58,231 nucleotides of DNA from an uncultured Anaerolineae bacterium (GCA_964461615.1 CAYWWC010000001.1:1-58231); one strand, 5' to 3'. Positions 18,830 to 28,108 are shown, numbered from the stretch's first letter. Made by a program: numbers and translations. Notes: generated by a model from the sequence alone, not told the origin.

Positions 18830-19052
18830 CTTGGCAGAAGTCAGCCGCCTGAGGTAGAATCAAGTCTCTGAATCGGAGGGGATCATGAGACTTGGCAGGG
18901 AACCGAGTAGTATACCTAGTTCAATTGACGAGGCCAATGTGGAGGGCCTCGGTATCTGTACGCCAGCGCACGGGTAACGCTTTGCCCCTGCCCTGGCGTT
19001 TCTTGTTCTGGCAGGCTGACCTAAGAGCAGAGTCACCAGAGGAGGAAGGGAT

Positions 19053-19292
19053 ATGAAAAACCATAGAATCATTGCCAAGACCTGGTTCAGAATCGGGGGT
19101 ATCGCCCTGGTTTTGGGTTTGCTGCTCGGAGTGGTCTCGCTCCTGCCCGGAGCCGTTTCGTCGAGCCCTCTTGCCCAGGATGAGGTTCTCAACCTGGGCT
19201 GCGACGACGAGGTCACGAAGGTGATCGTCGCCGAGGATTATGGGGAGGCGGATGATCCCTACACCTACCTGTCGTCCATCAAGACATCGTAG
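19053..19292 (+). CDS. Small secreted hypothetical protein
   Basis: 79 aa with SD GGAGGAAGGG upstream and an N-terminal signal/TM segment WFRIGGIALVLGLLLGVVSLLPGAVS. Confidence 0.6.
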   Translation: MKNHRIIAKTWFRIGGIALVLGLLLGVVSLLPGAVSSSPLAQDEVLNLGCDDEVTKVIVAEDYGEADDPYTYLSSIKTS

Positions 19293-19417
19293 AGAATCAG
19301 ATAGCACTAACAGCATGTTGAACCATCATAACATCGTGGAATCTATTTTGCCGCCCACCTACTGCATCTAGTGGTCGGGGCCCTGATTCACGGCTCTTAC
19401 CACTACCGTTGGGATAG

Positions 19418-19507
19418 CTCCCTACGATGCTCTGATGGTTATCAAGTTAATCCCCTCCACGATGTCCTGACGTTTAGCCTGTTAGTCTCTCCACGATGTG
19501 CTGATGG
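19418..19507 (+). repeat. Three direct repeats CYCC(Y)ACGATGNNCTGA(Y)G spaced 34-35 bp, overlapping the annotated start of the next ORF
   Basis: The copies are CTCCCTACGATGCTCTGATGG (19418-19438), CCTCCACGATGTCCTGACG (19454-19472) and CTCTCCACGATGTGCTGATGG (19487-19507). Confidence 0.6.
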
Positions 19508-22500
19508 ACGACACCTACCAGGTTAACGTGCCGCCGGGCGCCGAACTCTCGGTCTGGATCGCCCTGGATTCAAACGGTGAATGCGAAATAAACGCTACCT
19601 TGTATATCGACGGCAATGGGGTAGATACCACCGACGTCCAAGAAGGCAACTACTGGTCTGACCCTATGGTAGCAACGATCCCCGGCGGGTCGGCCCAGGT
19701 CGAGGTCGGGGCAGTGTCTTGTGAGACCACACCGCTATACCCATTGTATCGGGCCGTTTTCTTCAGGGTCACCTGCCCGGATTGCGCGGCGCCAGAGATC
19801 TGGGTGGATCGGGACTGTGGTTCGGAGTACGACATCGGCGACCCGATAAGAGTTTATTGGCATCTCGATTGCCGCCAGTATGTGGAGATATACCTGACCA
19901 CCTCCGAGGGAACCAGTCTGATCTACAGTGGCACTCTGGATGCGGAAACCTGGTATATAGACGGCACCGTTGGCGAGCCACCGGGAGCTCACACCTGGTT
20001 GATACAAACGGCCAGTGGTGAAGATGAGTGTACGTTCTATGTCCGTGGCGCCGCAACCCCCACGCCAACCAGAACCCGGACGCGAACCCCAACCCGCACG
20101 CCTAGTACCCCTACGGTAACTCGCACCCCGACTAGAACACGGACTCCCACGCGCACGCCGACCCGCACGCCGACGCCCACACCAACTCGCACACCGACGC
20201 CCACGCCAACTCGCACACCGACCCGCACCCCGACTCCCACACCGACTTACGCACCATTTGTGTTCCAGGGAAACACCGATTGCCCGTGGGGTAGCAGTTA
20301 CTGCAACACCTGTGTTCACTTCGTGGAGAATGCGTTCAACCGCCTCCGGAAGAACCCAGACATCTTGGGTTTCCACCTGGGCGACCATCCTGATCCCGGA
20401 TGGGGGGCGGGTACGGGCTGGCACCAGCATTGGCAGGGGGTACAGCGGCTGGCGACAGGCCTGGGGCAGTACATGGTGGTCAGTCAGGACGATATCAATG
20501 GGTGGAGTGGATTCGCCGTCGTCAAGATGGGCTCACGAAATGCCACGGGTGAGCGCTTTCGCTCCAACCGCCTCTGGCCGCACTTGGATGTGGAGGACAC
20601 GGCCCCGCCGCTAATAGATACGATCATCAAGACAGAGCCCATCACAGCCGACAGCAACCATTCGGGCGGTATCCAGGCGATGGGCGAGTGGCTCGTGGTG
20701 CCCGTTGAAGGTGAACCTAGTGGGATCTACCTATACAACCTCGCCAATCCGGAAAATCCCGTACCGATGGGCAAGATCCTGGATGTCTATGTAAGCACCG
20801 CCACCGCGGCTGCTTTGGCCCAGTTGCAGGATTACCGCTTCCTGCTCATCGTCGTCAGCAGCAGCGATGGTGGTGGGATGGGCTTCTTCATCTCCGCAGC
20901 ACCGTGGGACTATTTAAACTGGGAGAAAATCGCCTCGTGGGGTCCGGCATTCTCACCCTGGGAGAATTACCAGAACCTCAATTTGGTGACAGAGTGCGAG
21001 ACCGGCGACCTCTTCTTGATCGCGATGCACAACAACGGCGGGCTCGAGCATGGTGAAGACTGGGCGGATCTGTTCCGGTTGCGTCTTTTTTTAAATTCCC
21101 TTGGCCCTCCCTTCTTCGATTATTCCGCTGAGGTCACCAAGGTCTCGAACTTGCACGTGGACTGCACCCCCCGTGATGAACCGCAGTGCAATTTCCACCC
21201 GGCTGCCGGGTCGTATGTTGATCCTCACGGACAACTATATCTCTATGCTACCTCGTGGCAGAACCAAGGATCGGAGGGTGATGCCCCCGCCGGAAGCATC
21301 AAGGCTGCCGAGTTCCGGCCGGTCCCCCATGCGAGCTGCACAAGTATCGAAAGCGCCTGGGTGGAGATCTATGAGCATCCCAACTTCAGTGGCCGTAGTC
21401 TTATGATTGACTGGGTAGACAGCCATCTGGAAGATTACACAAACTATGACGAAGTCGAAAACTTCGAGGCCAGAAGTTCTTCCGTGTATTGGTGTCTGCC
21501 GCCTGGTTGGTCCTACTACTTATATCGGGATAAGAAGCCGTGCAGGGGAGTTCTTCCTCTGCGTGGCACTGGATCGCCGTGGATCATCCCTGATCTCGGG
21601 CCTCTTGGTTGGGATAATATCTCCTGTTCGGGTTATGTGTACGATCCGCCTGTGACTAGTCAGCTTACTCCGAATGGTGGTTGGTTGCTATACAACCGCC
21701 CGCAACTGTCTGAATCGTCGGGAGCAGAGGTTTCTGCGAAAGCAGAAGGTGCATCTACAGAAGTTGATGTTCCGCCGGGCGCAGTTGATGAGCCAGTAAC
21801 ATTGACCTACGTACCAGCGTACCCGCCCTCCCACGACACTTCGCCGCTGGTTTCGCCAGGTTATGCTTTCACGCTCACGATTGAGAGTTACGACGGTCTT
21901 CAAGAAGATTTCACATTCGCTCAGCCAGTGAATGTGACGATTACCTACGAGGACGCCGATATCGAAGTGATGGACGAAGAGACATTTATGCTCAGTATCT
22001 GGGATCCCGACAATGAGCAATGGGTGGACGCGGCCACCACCTGCAGCCCAACCTCAACCTACCACCACAATCTTGAGGAGAACAGCCTGTCAGTTGCGAT
22101 CTGCCGGGTCGGGGAGTTCGCGATGGTGGGTGAGCGGGTGTATGAGATCTATCTGCCTTTGGTGCTACGTGGATGGGAATCTGTAGAGCCTGTGATAGTC
22201 CACCTCTCGCAGGGTGAGGAATGGGCCCCCGCCGGCACTCCCATCATCCTGGCAACCAACTGGGTAGCAGACACATCGGAGCAGGTAGCCGACTATCTGG
22301 CCTCGCTGGATCTCACGGTCACCTTGGATGGTGAACCGTTGTCCGATGTGATGGATCACTGGGGCGAGACATCGGAGTACGGAGACTACGATGAAGACGG
22401 GGACACCGACTACATATCGAGATGGCGCTATCCCGTGGGGGTGCTCAGTGCGGGAGAGCACCAGGTTGAAGCCGAATTCCAGCTTCAGTGGCCCATCACG

Positions 22501-22704
22501 GATGGATTCGATTTGGACGAGGATGGTATCCCAGATGTATACAGTGGCTCATGGGAGTACTTCCTGCAGATCACAGTGGGTGGACCAACTATCTTCCGTG
22601 ACGATTTCAGCGAGCCGACGCTCGACCCTGCGTGGTCATGGTTGAACGAAGACCCCGCTGACTGGAGCCTTACCGCTACAGGGCATGCCCGTAGGCGACT
22701 TTGA
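19498..22704 (+). CDS. Large multidomain protein: N-terminal Cys-rich beta domains, TPTR linker, unknown central domain, beta/gamma-crystallin-like domain, internal YLPLVLR motif, start of a ConA-like (DUF1349-type) domain; 5' and 3' ends look damaged
   Basis: 1068-aa ORF with no SD and no signal peptide at the GTG/ATG start. The Greek-key-like block is WVEIYEHPNFSGRSL..SSVYW. The ORF ends by frameshift inside a domain that continues in 22685-23116. Confidence 0.7.
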   Translation: MLMDDTYQVNVPPGAELSVWIALDSNGECEINATLYIDGNGVDTTDVQEGNYWSDPMVATIPGGSAQVEVGAVSCETTPLYPLYRAVFFRVTCPDCAAPEIWVDRDCGSEYDIGDPIRVYWHLDCRQYVEIYLTTSEGTSLIYSGTLDAETWYIDGTVGEPPGAHTWLIQTASGEDECTFYVRGAATPTPTRTRTRTPTRTPSTPTVTRTPTRTRTPTRTPTRTPTPTPTRTPTPTPTRTPTRTPTPTPTYAPFVFQGNTDCPWGSSYCNTCVHFVENAFNRLRKNPDILGFHLGDHPDPGWGAGTGWHQHWQGVQRLATGLGQYMVVSQDDINGWSGFAVVKMGSRNATGERFRSNRLWPHLDVEDTAPPLIDTIIKTEPITADSNHSGGIQAMGEWLVVPVEGEPSGIYLYNLANPENPVPMGKILDVYVSTATAAALAQLQDYRFLLIVVSSSDGGGMGFFISAAPWDYLNWEKIASWGPAFSPWENYQNLNLVTECETGDLFLIAMHNNGGLEHGEDWADLFRLRLFLNSLGPPFFDYSAEVTKVSNLHVDCTPRDEPQCNFHPAAGSYVDPHGQLYLYATSWQNQGSEGDAPAGSIKAAEFRPVPHASCTSIESAWVEIYEHPNFSGRSLMIDWVDSHLEDYTNYDEVENFEARSSSVYWCLPPGWSYYLYRDKKPCRGVLPLRGTGSPWIIPDLGPLGWDNISCSGYVYDPPVTSQLTPNGGWLLYNRPQLSESSGAEVSAKAEGASTEVDVPPGAVDEPVTLTYVPAYPPSHDTSPLVSPGYAFTLTIESYDGLQEDFTFAQPVNVTITYEDADIEVMDEETFMLSIWDPDNEQWVDAATTCSPTSTYHHNLEENSLSVAICRVGEFAMVGERVYEIYLPLVLRGWESVEPVIVHLSQGEEWAPAGTPIILATNWVADTSEQVADYLASLDLTVTLDGEPLSDVMDHWGETSEYGDYDEDGDTDYISRWRYPVGVLSAGEHQVEAEFQLQWPITDGFDLDEDGIPDVYSGSWEYFLQITVGGPTIFRDDFSEPTLDPAWSWLNEDPADWSLTATGHARRRL
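20056..20247 (+). repeat. Low-complexity (ACN-CCN-ACN-CGN)n DNA encoding a 64-aa TPTPTRTPTR linker
   Basis: It reads TPTPTRTRTRTPTRTPSTPTVTRTPTRTRTPTRTPTRTPTPTPTRTPTPTPTRTPTRTPTPTPT. Confidence 0.9.
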
Positions 22705-23116
22705 GGTGCGCACGCGCGTCCTCTTCGAGCCCACACTTAACTATCAGTCAGCCGGCCTCGTCTTCTGGCAGGATGCCGACCACTACCTGTCGTTCGACCG
22801 TGCCTACTGCGACGCCGAACCTCCGGCTTGCGTGGGCAACGGCATCTACTTCGACCTCATCGAAGGCGGGAGCTCTGTCGGGGACAACTTCAGCACGACG
22901 ACATCCAGTCAGAACGAGGCATACCTGCGGATGGTTCGACAGGGCTTGACATACACGGGCTACTATAGCGAGGATGGCGTGAACTGGACCTTGATCGGAA
23001 GCCACACTCCAAGTGGGTCAGTGGCTCCGTGGGGGGTGGGCTTGACGGCTGGTGCCGACTTGCAGGACACGTGCATCCCAGCCGACTTCGATTTCTTCGA
23101 GCTCAGCCAGGACTAG
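22685..23116 (+). pseudogene. Out-of-frame 3' continuation (ConA-like lectin/glucanase, DUF1349-type domain) of ORF 19498-22704
   Basis: GDFEVRTRVLFEPTLNYQSAGLVFWQDADHYLSF is the core of the domain whose N-terminal strand (FRDDFSEPTLDPAWSWLNEDPADWSLT) ends the previous ORF. The frames differ by +1 and overlap by 20 nt. Confidence 0.6.
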
Positions 23117-23540
23117 CTCGGCTCCGGTGGCTTCACCGGCCCGCGCCTTGGACGTTGATTACTCTCTTCAGTTGAGATGAAGCCACAACGCCGTCCTGAG
23201 AACGGACGCAGGTCATAGATTCGTTGGGCATCCTGAATGAGGGTACTTCGGTGCACTGGCAAATGCAATCTCGGATGAGTTCACCAGAGAGCTCCCTTCG
23301 CTGCAGAAGCGAACGGGGCTTGCTTTTTGTGGAGAGGTAAGTATAATTCACACTGAGGAGAAACACTTCAGGTACGAGGATGCCAGGCGAACCACAGGCA
23401 GGGGGTCCCGAACGAGCCCATACCTGTACTCATCACCTGGTGCCGCAGAACTATGTTGCGCACAACAAGCGGATCCCTGAGCAGCGAGATATCTGCCGAT
23501 GGAACCTGGCGATCCGACTAAACAATAAGGAGAAACTACT

Positions 23541-24230
23541 ATGAACGTCAAAAAGGTTTTTATGAGCCACCTTCATTGGATTGGCGTGTTGCTCGTGTTG
23601 GCCCTCATCGGCGCGTGCAGCGGAGCACCGACAGAAGTGCCTCCCACAACAGCGCCGACTCCCATTCCCACGGAACCATCCGTTGCGCCAACCGATACAC
23701 CACTGCCAACTGACACGCCAGCGCCAACTGACACACCAGTACGACTCCCTACCCCTACCGCTGTCCCACCAGCAACGGCAGAAGCACAGGGCGACTTACA
23801 ACCATTGAGCCCCGCCGCGTGTAGCGAATTGGCGAGCGCTGTGGCGCAAACGCTGGGCGTCGAGGTTGCCACGGTAGAAGCGCCTTTCCAGGACTACCTC
23901 AGCGGGAAGGCTGGCGCCGGCTGCCAGACCACGGCCACGGGTACGGGCCTTGATTTCGAGGACTTTGTGGTCGTTGCCATATCCATGAAGGAGATGCTCG
24001 AAGCCCAAGGGTGGCTCGGAGATGGGATGTATGTAGCCGGCGGCCCTACCGGCGCCGCTGGTGGTTTCCGCAAAGCCAACGGGTTATGCCTGGTGAGCGT
24101 CGGTTGGGAGCCGTCGGAGGATGCCGATTGCTCCCCAGACCAGCCGATTTCGGCCTGCCAACTGACACCCGATCAGCAGCTGTACAGCATTGTCCTCAAT
24201 TGCGCTGAGGACGTATCAGCCAAAAAATAA
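23541..24230 (+). CDS. Lipoprotein with an N-terminal Thr/Pro stalk
   Basis: SD AAGGAG is present. Signal peptide plus lipobox is VLALIGAC, followed by a TP-rich linker (TAPTPIPTEPSVAPTDTPLPTDTPAPTDTP) and a ~130-aa globular domain. Confidence 0.8.
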   Translation: MNVKKVFMSHLHWIGVLLVLALIGACSGAPTEVPPTTAPTPIPTEPSVAPTDTPLPTDTPAPTDTPVRLPTPTAVPPATAEAQGDLQPLSPAACSELASAVAQTLGVEVATVEAPFQDYLSGKAGAGCQTTATGTGLDFEDFVVVAISMKEMLEAQGWLGDGMYVAGGPTGAAGGFRKANGLCLVSVGWEPSEDADCSPDQPISACQLTPDQQLYSIVLNCAEDVSAKK

Positions 24231-24265
24231 AGAGCCACACAAGGTTCTCATGGAGCACAGCGAAT

Positions 24266-26836
24266 ATGACTTTGTTGTCAAAGAAGCGAATTTGGGACGC
24301 ACTGAGAAGCTGGTGGAGACGTAACACCGAAAACTGGATCAAAATCGCCTTGCTTCTGATCCTCGTCTTGGCCGCTTTCCTGCGCTTCTACCGCCTCGAC
24401 GCGCAAAGCTTGTGGGCCGACGAGGGCAATAGCGTGTCCCTGTCCGGGCGCAGCCTGGACCTCATAACCACAGGCGCTGCTCACGACATCCATCCCCCTC
24501 TCTACTACTACCTGCTCCATTTCTGGATGCGCGTTTTCGGCAACAGCGAATTTGCCGTGCGTGGCCTCTCCGCCCTGCTGGGGACCGGGCTGGTGTACCT
24601 GACCTATCTCCTGGGCCGCTGCCTCTCACGCCCCCCCTCGGTCCCCCCCAAAGTTGGGGGGGAAGCTAGCCACAATCACTGGCTGGGTCTCATCGCCGCC
24701 TTCCTCTCCGCTATCTCCCCTTTTCAGATCTACTACTCCCAGGAAACCCGAATGTACATCCTGTTGGCCGCCCTCAGCGCCCTTTCTGTTTACTCCTTCT
24801 TAAGATTCCTGGAAGTGGAAGGCTCTAGCACCCGAAACCCGAAACCCAAAACCCGAAACCTGTACCTATGGGCTGGACTTTACATCGTAGCCACGACCCT
24901 CTCTCTCTACACTCACTACTCCTTCCCCATCGTCATTCTTATGCAGAACCTGCTTTACGTGATCTGGCTGGCCATAAGTTGGCGGCAGGGAAGGGGACGA
25001 GGGCGAGTCTTGCGCTGGGTCGTCATCCAGTTGGCAATCGTGGCTCTCTACTGGCCCTGGCTACCCACAGCCTTCCGACAGGTCTCGAACTGGCCCTCCA
25101 TCAGCCAAGCCCACGGGCTACTCTTCGTGGTGCAGGAGGCATTCCGCCTTTTCAGCCTGGGACCCACGGCAGGGGTACAGTACACCTCGCTCCTGCTCCT
25201 GGGCTTCGCCGCCATTTTCGTCGCTGGCGTATGGCCGAGAACCCTAATGATGGGCGAAGGTCTCCCGACCGAGCCCCCTTCGCCTCGGTCGGGAGACCTT
25301 CGGCGATCAGAAGAACAATCACCTTCCCTCATTCCTCATCGCCTCATTGCCTCATTGCCTCTACTCTACTGTCTCTTCCCCGTCCTGATGATGTACGTCC
25401 TTTCTTTGCTGCGACCTGCCTACCGCCCAAAGTTTTTTCTGGTTGGGATTCCGGCCTTCTGCCTCATACTCGCCCAGGGCATCATCTACCTGAGCAAAGT
25501 AGCAGGCAAGCGCATCACTACCCGCTACCTGCTACCTGCTATCGGCTTGATCTTCATCACTGTGGCTTCTAACAGATCACTCCAGAATTATTACTTCGAT
25601 CCCCAGTACGCGCGAGACGACTATCGCGGCATCGCCCAGTACATTTCCGCCCTGGAGAGAGAAGGCGATGCAGTGCTACTCAACGCCCCCAATCAGTGGG
25701 AGATCTTCACTTACTATTACGGGAGGGTTTCCCGCGGCGACTCGCCCGTCTACCCCTTGCCCCGCTCGCGCCCTTTGGACGAGGCTCAGACAGCCGAAGA
25801 ACTGACGGAAATCGCCGCCGAGCACGACCGTATCTTCGCTGTTCTGTGGGCCGTTGACGAAAGCGACTCTGGCCGCTTCGTCGAGGGTTGGTTGGCGGAA
25901 CGAGCTTACAAGGCCCTGGATACCTGGTACGGCAACGTGCGCCTGGCCATCTATGCCGTACCCACCGCCCCGCCGGAGGAGATCCAGAATCCCCTCGACG
26001 CCAAGCTGGGTGATGAGATAACTCTCTCAGGCTACAATCTACCCACCCGCGAGGTGGAGGCGGGCAACATTTTGCAACTCACCCTTTTTTGGCAGGCCCA
26101 GGCCCAACCCCAGGAGCGTTACAAGGTCTTTGTCCACGTCCTGGACGAAGCCGGTCACATTGTCGGTCAGCAGGACAGCGAGCCTGGCGATGGGCTGAAC
26201 ATCACTACCAGTTGGCAGCCCGAGGAAACTGTGGCTGATAACTACGGCGTGCTCATCCGACCGGGCACGCCGCCCGGCGAGCATCGGATCGAGGTGGGCA
26301 TGTACAGCGCGGTCTCGGGCCAGCGCCTGGCCGTCAGCGAGGCAGGGCAGGCCCGTGGCGATCACCTTGTTCTGGACTCGATTGAGGTGCTGCGTCCTTC
26401 TGAACCACCTTCCTCACTCGCTCTGAAGATGCAACACGAAGTGGGAATCAAATACGATGACTTGATTTTGGCAGGCTACAACTTGTACAAACTGGGCCAT
26501 GAACACCAACCAGCCGAGCCTCTTCGCCCCGGCGATGTCCTTCACCTGGACCTCTACTGGCGAGCCTTTCGCGCGCCGCAGGACGATTGGCAGTTGACAC
26601 TGCAATTGGTGGATGGCGCGGGGAACGTTTTGGTCACCCAACAGACCGGGCCGGCCAGCGTGGATTATCCGGTCACCAGTTGGAAAGTTGGAGAGATAGT
26701 GCGGGGTCAATACGACATCTTTATCCCACCGGATGCTCCCAGGGGAAGCTATCACCTGAAGGGGCGACTAGCCCGGCTGCCTGATGGGCACGCTCTCAGG
26801 TCGCCTTGGATCTCACAGCAGTTTTTGGTCCAGTGA
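24266..26836 (+). CDS. GT39/ArnT-PMT-like membrane glycosyltransferase with a C-terminal extracytoplasmic domain
   Basis: 856 aa. LRFYRLDAQSLWADEGNSV plus many TM helices are typical of family-39 glycosyltransferases. Two repeat-derived in-frame segments are present (24643-24662 and 25252-25308). Confidence 0.8.
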   Translation: MTLLSKKRIWDALRSWWRRNTENWIKIALLLILVLAAFLRFYRLDAQSLWADEGNSVSLSGRSLDLITTGAAHDIHPPLYYYLLHFWMRVFGNSEFAVRGLSALLGTGLVYLTYLLGRCLSRPPSVPPKVGGEASHNHWLGLIAAFLSAISPFQIYYSQETRMYILLAALSALSVYSFLRFLEVEGSSTRNPKPKTRNLYLWAGLYIVATTLSLYTHYSFPIVILMQNLLYVIWLAISWRQGRGRGRVLRWVVIQLAIVALYWPWLPTAFRQVSNWPSISQAHGLLFVVQEAFRLFSLGPTAGVQYTSLLLLGFAAIFVAGVWPRTLMMGEGLPTEPPSPRSGDLRRSEEQSPSLIPHRLIASLPLLYCLFPVLMMYVLSLLRPAYRPKFFLVGIPAFCLILAQGIIYLSKVAGKRITTRYLLPAIGLIFITVASNRSLQNYYFDPQYARDDYRGIAQYISALEREGDAVLLNAPNQWEIFTYYYGRVSRGDSPVYPLPRSRPLDEAQTAEELTEIAAEHDRIFAVLWAVDESDSGRFVEGWLAERAYKALDTWYGNVRLAIYAVPTAPPEEIQNPLDAKLGDEITLSGYNLPTREVEAGNILQLTLFWQAQAQPQERYKVFVHVLDEAGHIVGQQDSEPGDGLNITTSWQPEETVADNYGVLIRPGTPPGEHRIEVGMYSAVSGQRLAVSEAGQARGDHLVLDSIEVLRPSEPPSSLALKMQHEVGIKYDDLILAGYNLYKLGHEHQPAEPLRPGDVLHLDLYWRAFRAPQDDWQLTLQLVDGAGNVLVTQQTGPASVDYPVTSWKVGEIVRGQYDIFIPPDAPRGSYHLKGRLARLPDGHALRSPWISQQFLVQ
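25252..25308. repeat. 57-bp REP/MITE-like hairpin inserted in frame in the GT39 gene
   Basis: Perfect 19-bp arms CGAAGGTCTCCCGACCGAG (25255-25273) and CTCGGTCGGGAGACCTTCG (25284-25302) flank a 10-nt loop. Confidence 0.85.
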
Positions 26837-27873
26837 AGGAGCAGTCTTTGTTTCACGTTTCCGTGATAGCCACCGTCAAAAACGAAGCCCACGCGGTGCA
26901 CAGGTTACTGGACTCTCTGGCAGCCCAGACCCGCCCACCCGACGAAGTAATCATCGTGGACGGCGGCTCGACCGATGGCACTGTGGAGGTGTTGGAGGAA
27001 TACGCCGCTGGGAGGGGCTTGCCGTTGAAGGTGTTGGTGCGCCCAGGGACCAACATCTCCCAGGGGCGCAATGCAGCCATCGCCGTGGCCAGCGGAGAGA
27101 TCATCGCCAGCACCGACGCCGGGGTGAGGCTGTCGCCAAATTGGCTGGAGGAGTTGGGCAAGCCCTTTGAGAAGGAAAGGGAAGAGAAAAGAATTAGTGA
27201 AAGCTGTCCTGAGCCCAGTCGAAGGATTCGTGGCAAAGAAGAGCTGTACGTTGTATCCGGGTTTTTCCTGCCCGACCCGCAGACTGTCTTTGAGACCGCC
27301 ATGGGGGCTACTGTTCTGCCCACCCTGGCCGACGTCAAGCCTGAGAAGTTCCTGCCCTCCAGCCGCTCGGTGGCCTTTCGAAAAGTGGCCTGGGAACGAG
27401 TCGGCGGCTATCCTGAGTGGCTGGACTACTGCGAGGACCTCGTCTTCGATTTCAAGCTGAGGGAACTTGGCCCCTTCGCCTTCGCTTCCCAATCCCTGGC
27501 CTACTTTCGCCCTCGGACAAGCCTGACTGCCTTCTTCCAGCAGTATTATCGCTACGCCCGAGGCGACGGCAAGGCCGATCTCTGGCGGGTGCGCCACGCC
27601 ATCCGCTACTCCACTTACTTGATAGCCACTCCCGCCATTTTTCTGTTGGGCCTTTGGCGGACTCCCCTCTGGTGGCTGCTCTTGCTAGTCGGTGGGGCCA
27701 TCGTGCTCTGGACGCCATACAAGCGCCTCTGGCCGATGATCAAGAGCTACAGCTTCGCTGACAAGGTCAAAGCCATCCTCTGGGCGCCCATCATCCGTGT
27801 GACAGGCGACGTGGCCAAGATGACCGGCTACCCCGTCGGCGTCCTCTGGCGGCTGCGACACCGATACGGGTAA
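26806..27873 (+). CDS. GT2-family glycosyltransferase with a C-terminal membrane region
   Basis: VSVIATVKNEAHAVHRLLDSLAAQTRPPDEVIIVDGGSTDGT is a classic GT2 N-terminus. The start is uncertain: TTG at 26806, or GTG at 26833 overlapping the GT39 stop as GTGA. Confidence 0.8.
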   Translation: MDLTAVFGPVKEQSLFHVSVIATVKNEAHAVHRLLDSLAAQTRPPDEVIIVDGGSTDGTVEVLEEYAAGRGLPLKVLVRPGTNISQGRNAAIAVASGEIIASTDAGVRLSPNWLEELGKPFEKEREEKRISESCPEPSRRIRGKEELYVVSGFFLPDPQTVFETAMGATVLPTLADVKPEKFLPSSRSVAFRKVAWERVGGYPEWLDYCEDLVFDFKLRELGPFAFASQSLAYFRPRTSLTAFFQQYYRYARGDGKADLWRVRHAIRYSTYLIATPAIFLLGLWRTPLWWLLLLVGGAIVLWTPYKRLWPMIKSYSFADKVKAILWAPIIRVTGDVAKMTGYPVGVLWRLRHRYG

Positions 27874-27906
27874 CGAATCAGCACTTGCTGGGGCAAGAAG
27901 CTGAAT

Positions 27907-27935
27907 TTGACAAAAATGGTAAAGTATGCTATTGT
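27907..27935 (+). promoter_or_regulatory. Promoter candidate with a long 5' UTR for the cold-shock gene
   Basis: TTGACA (27907-27912), a 17-nt spacer, then TATTGT (27930-27935). The ~170-nt leader is usual for csp genes. Confidence 0.4.
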
Positions 27936-28108
27936 TACCGCGTAAGAACGGCAGGTTTCTGCGTTGGGGATCACTTAATTGGTGTGCCGCCAGAGCTTCT
28001 TGTCCGCTCTGGCGGTTTTTGGTTTAGCGCGCTCGTGGTGTTCGATGCCGCACAGGTGTCGAGCTTCGAGAATAATAAAGCAACAAAAGTAAGGAGGTAT
28101 CAAAGAAG

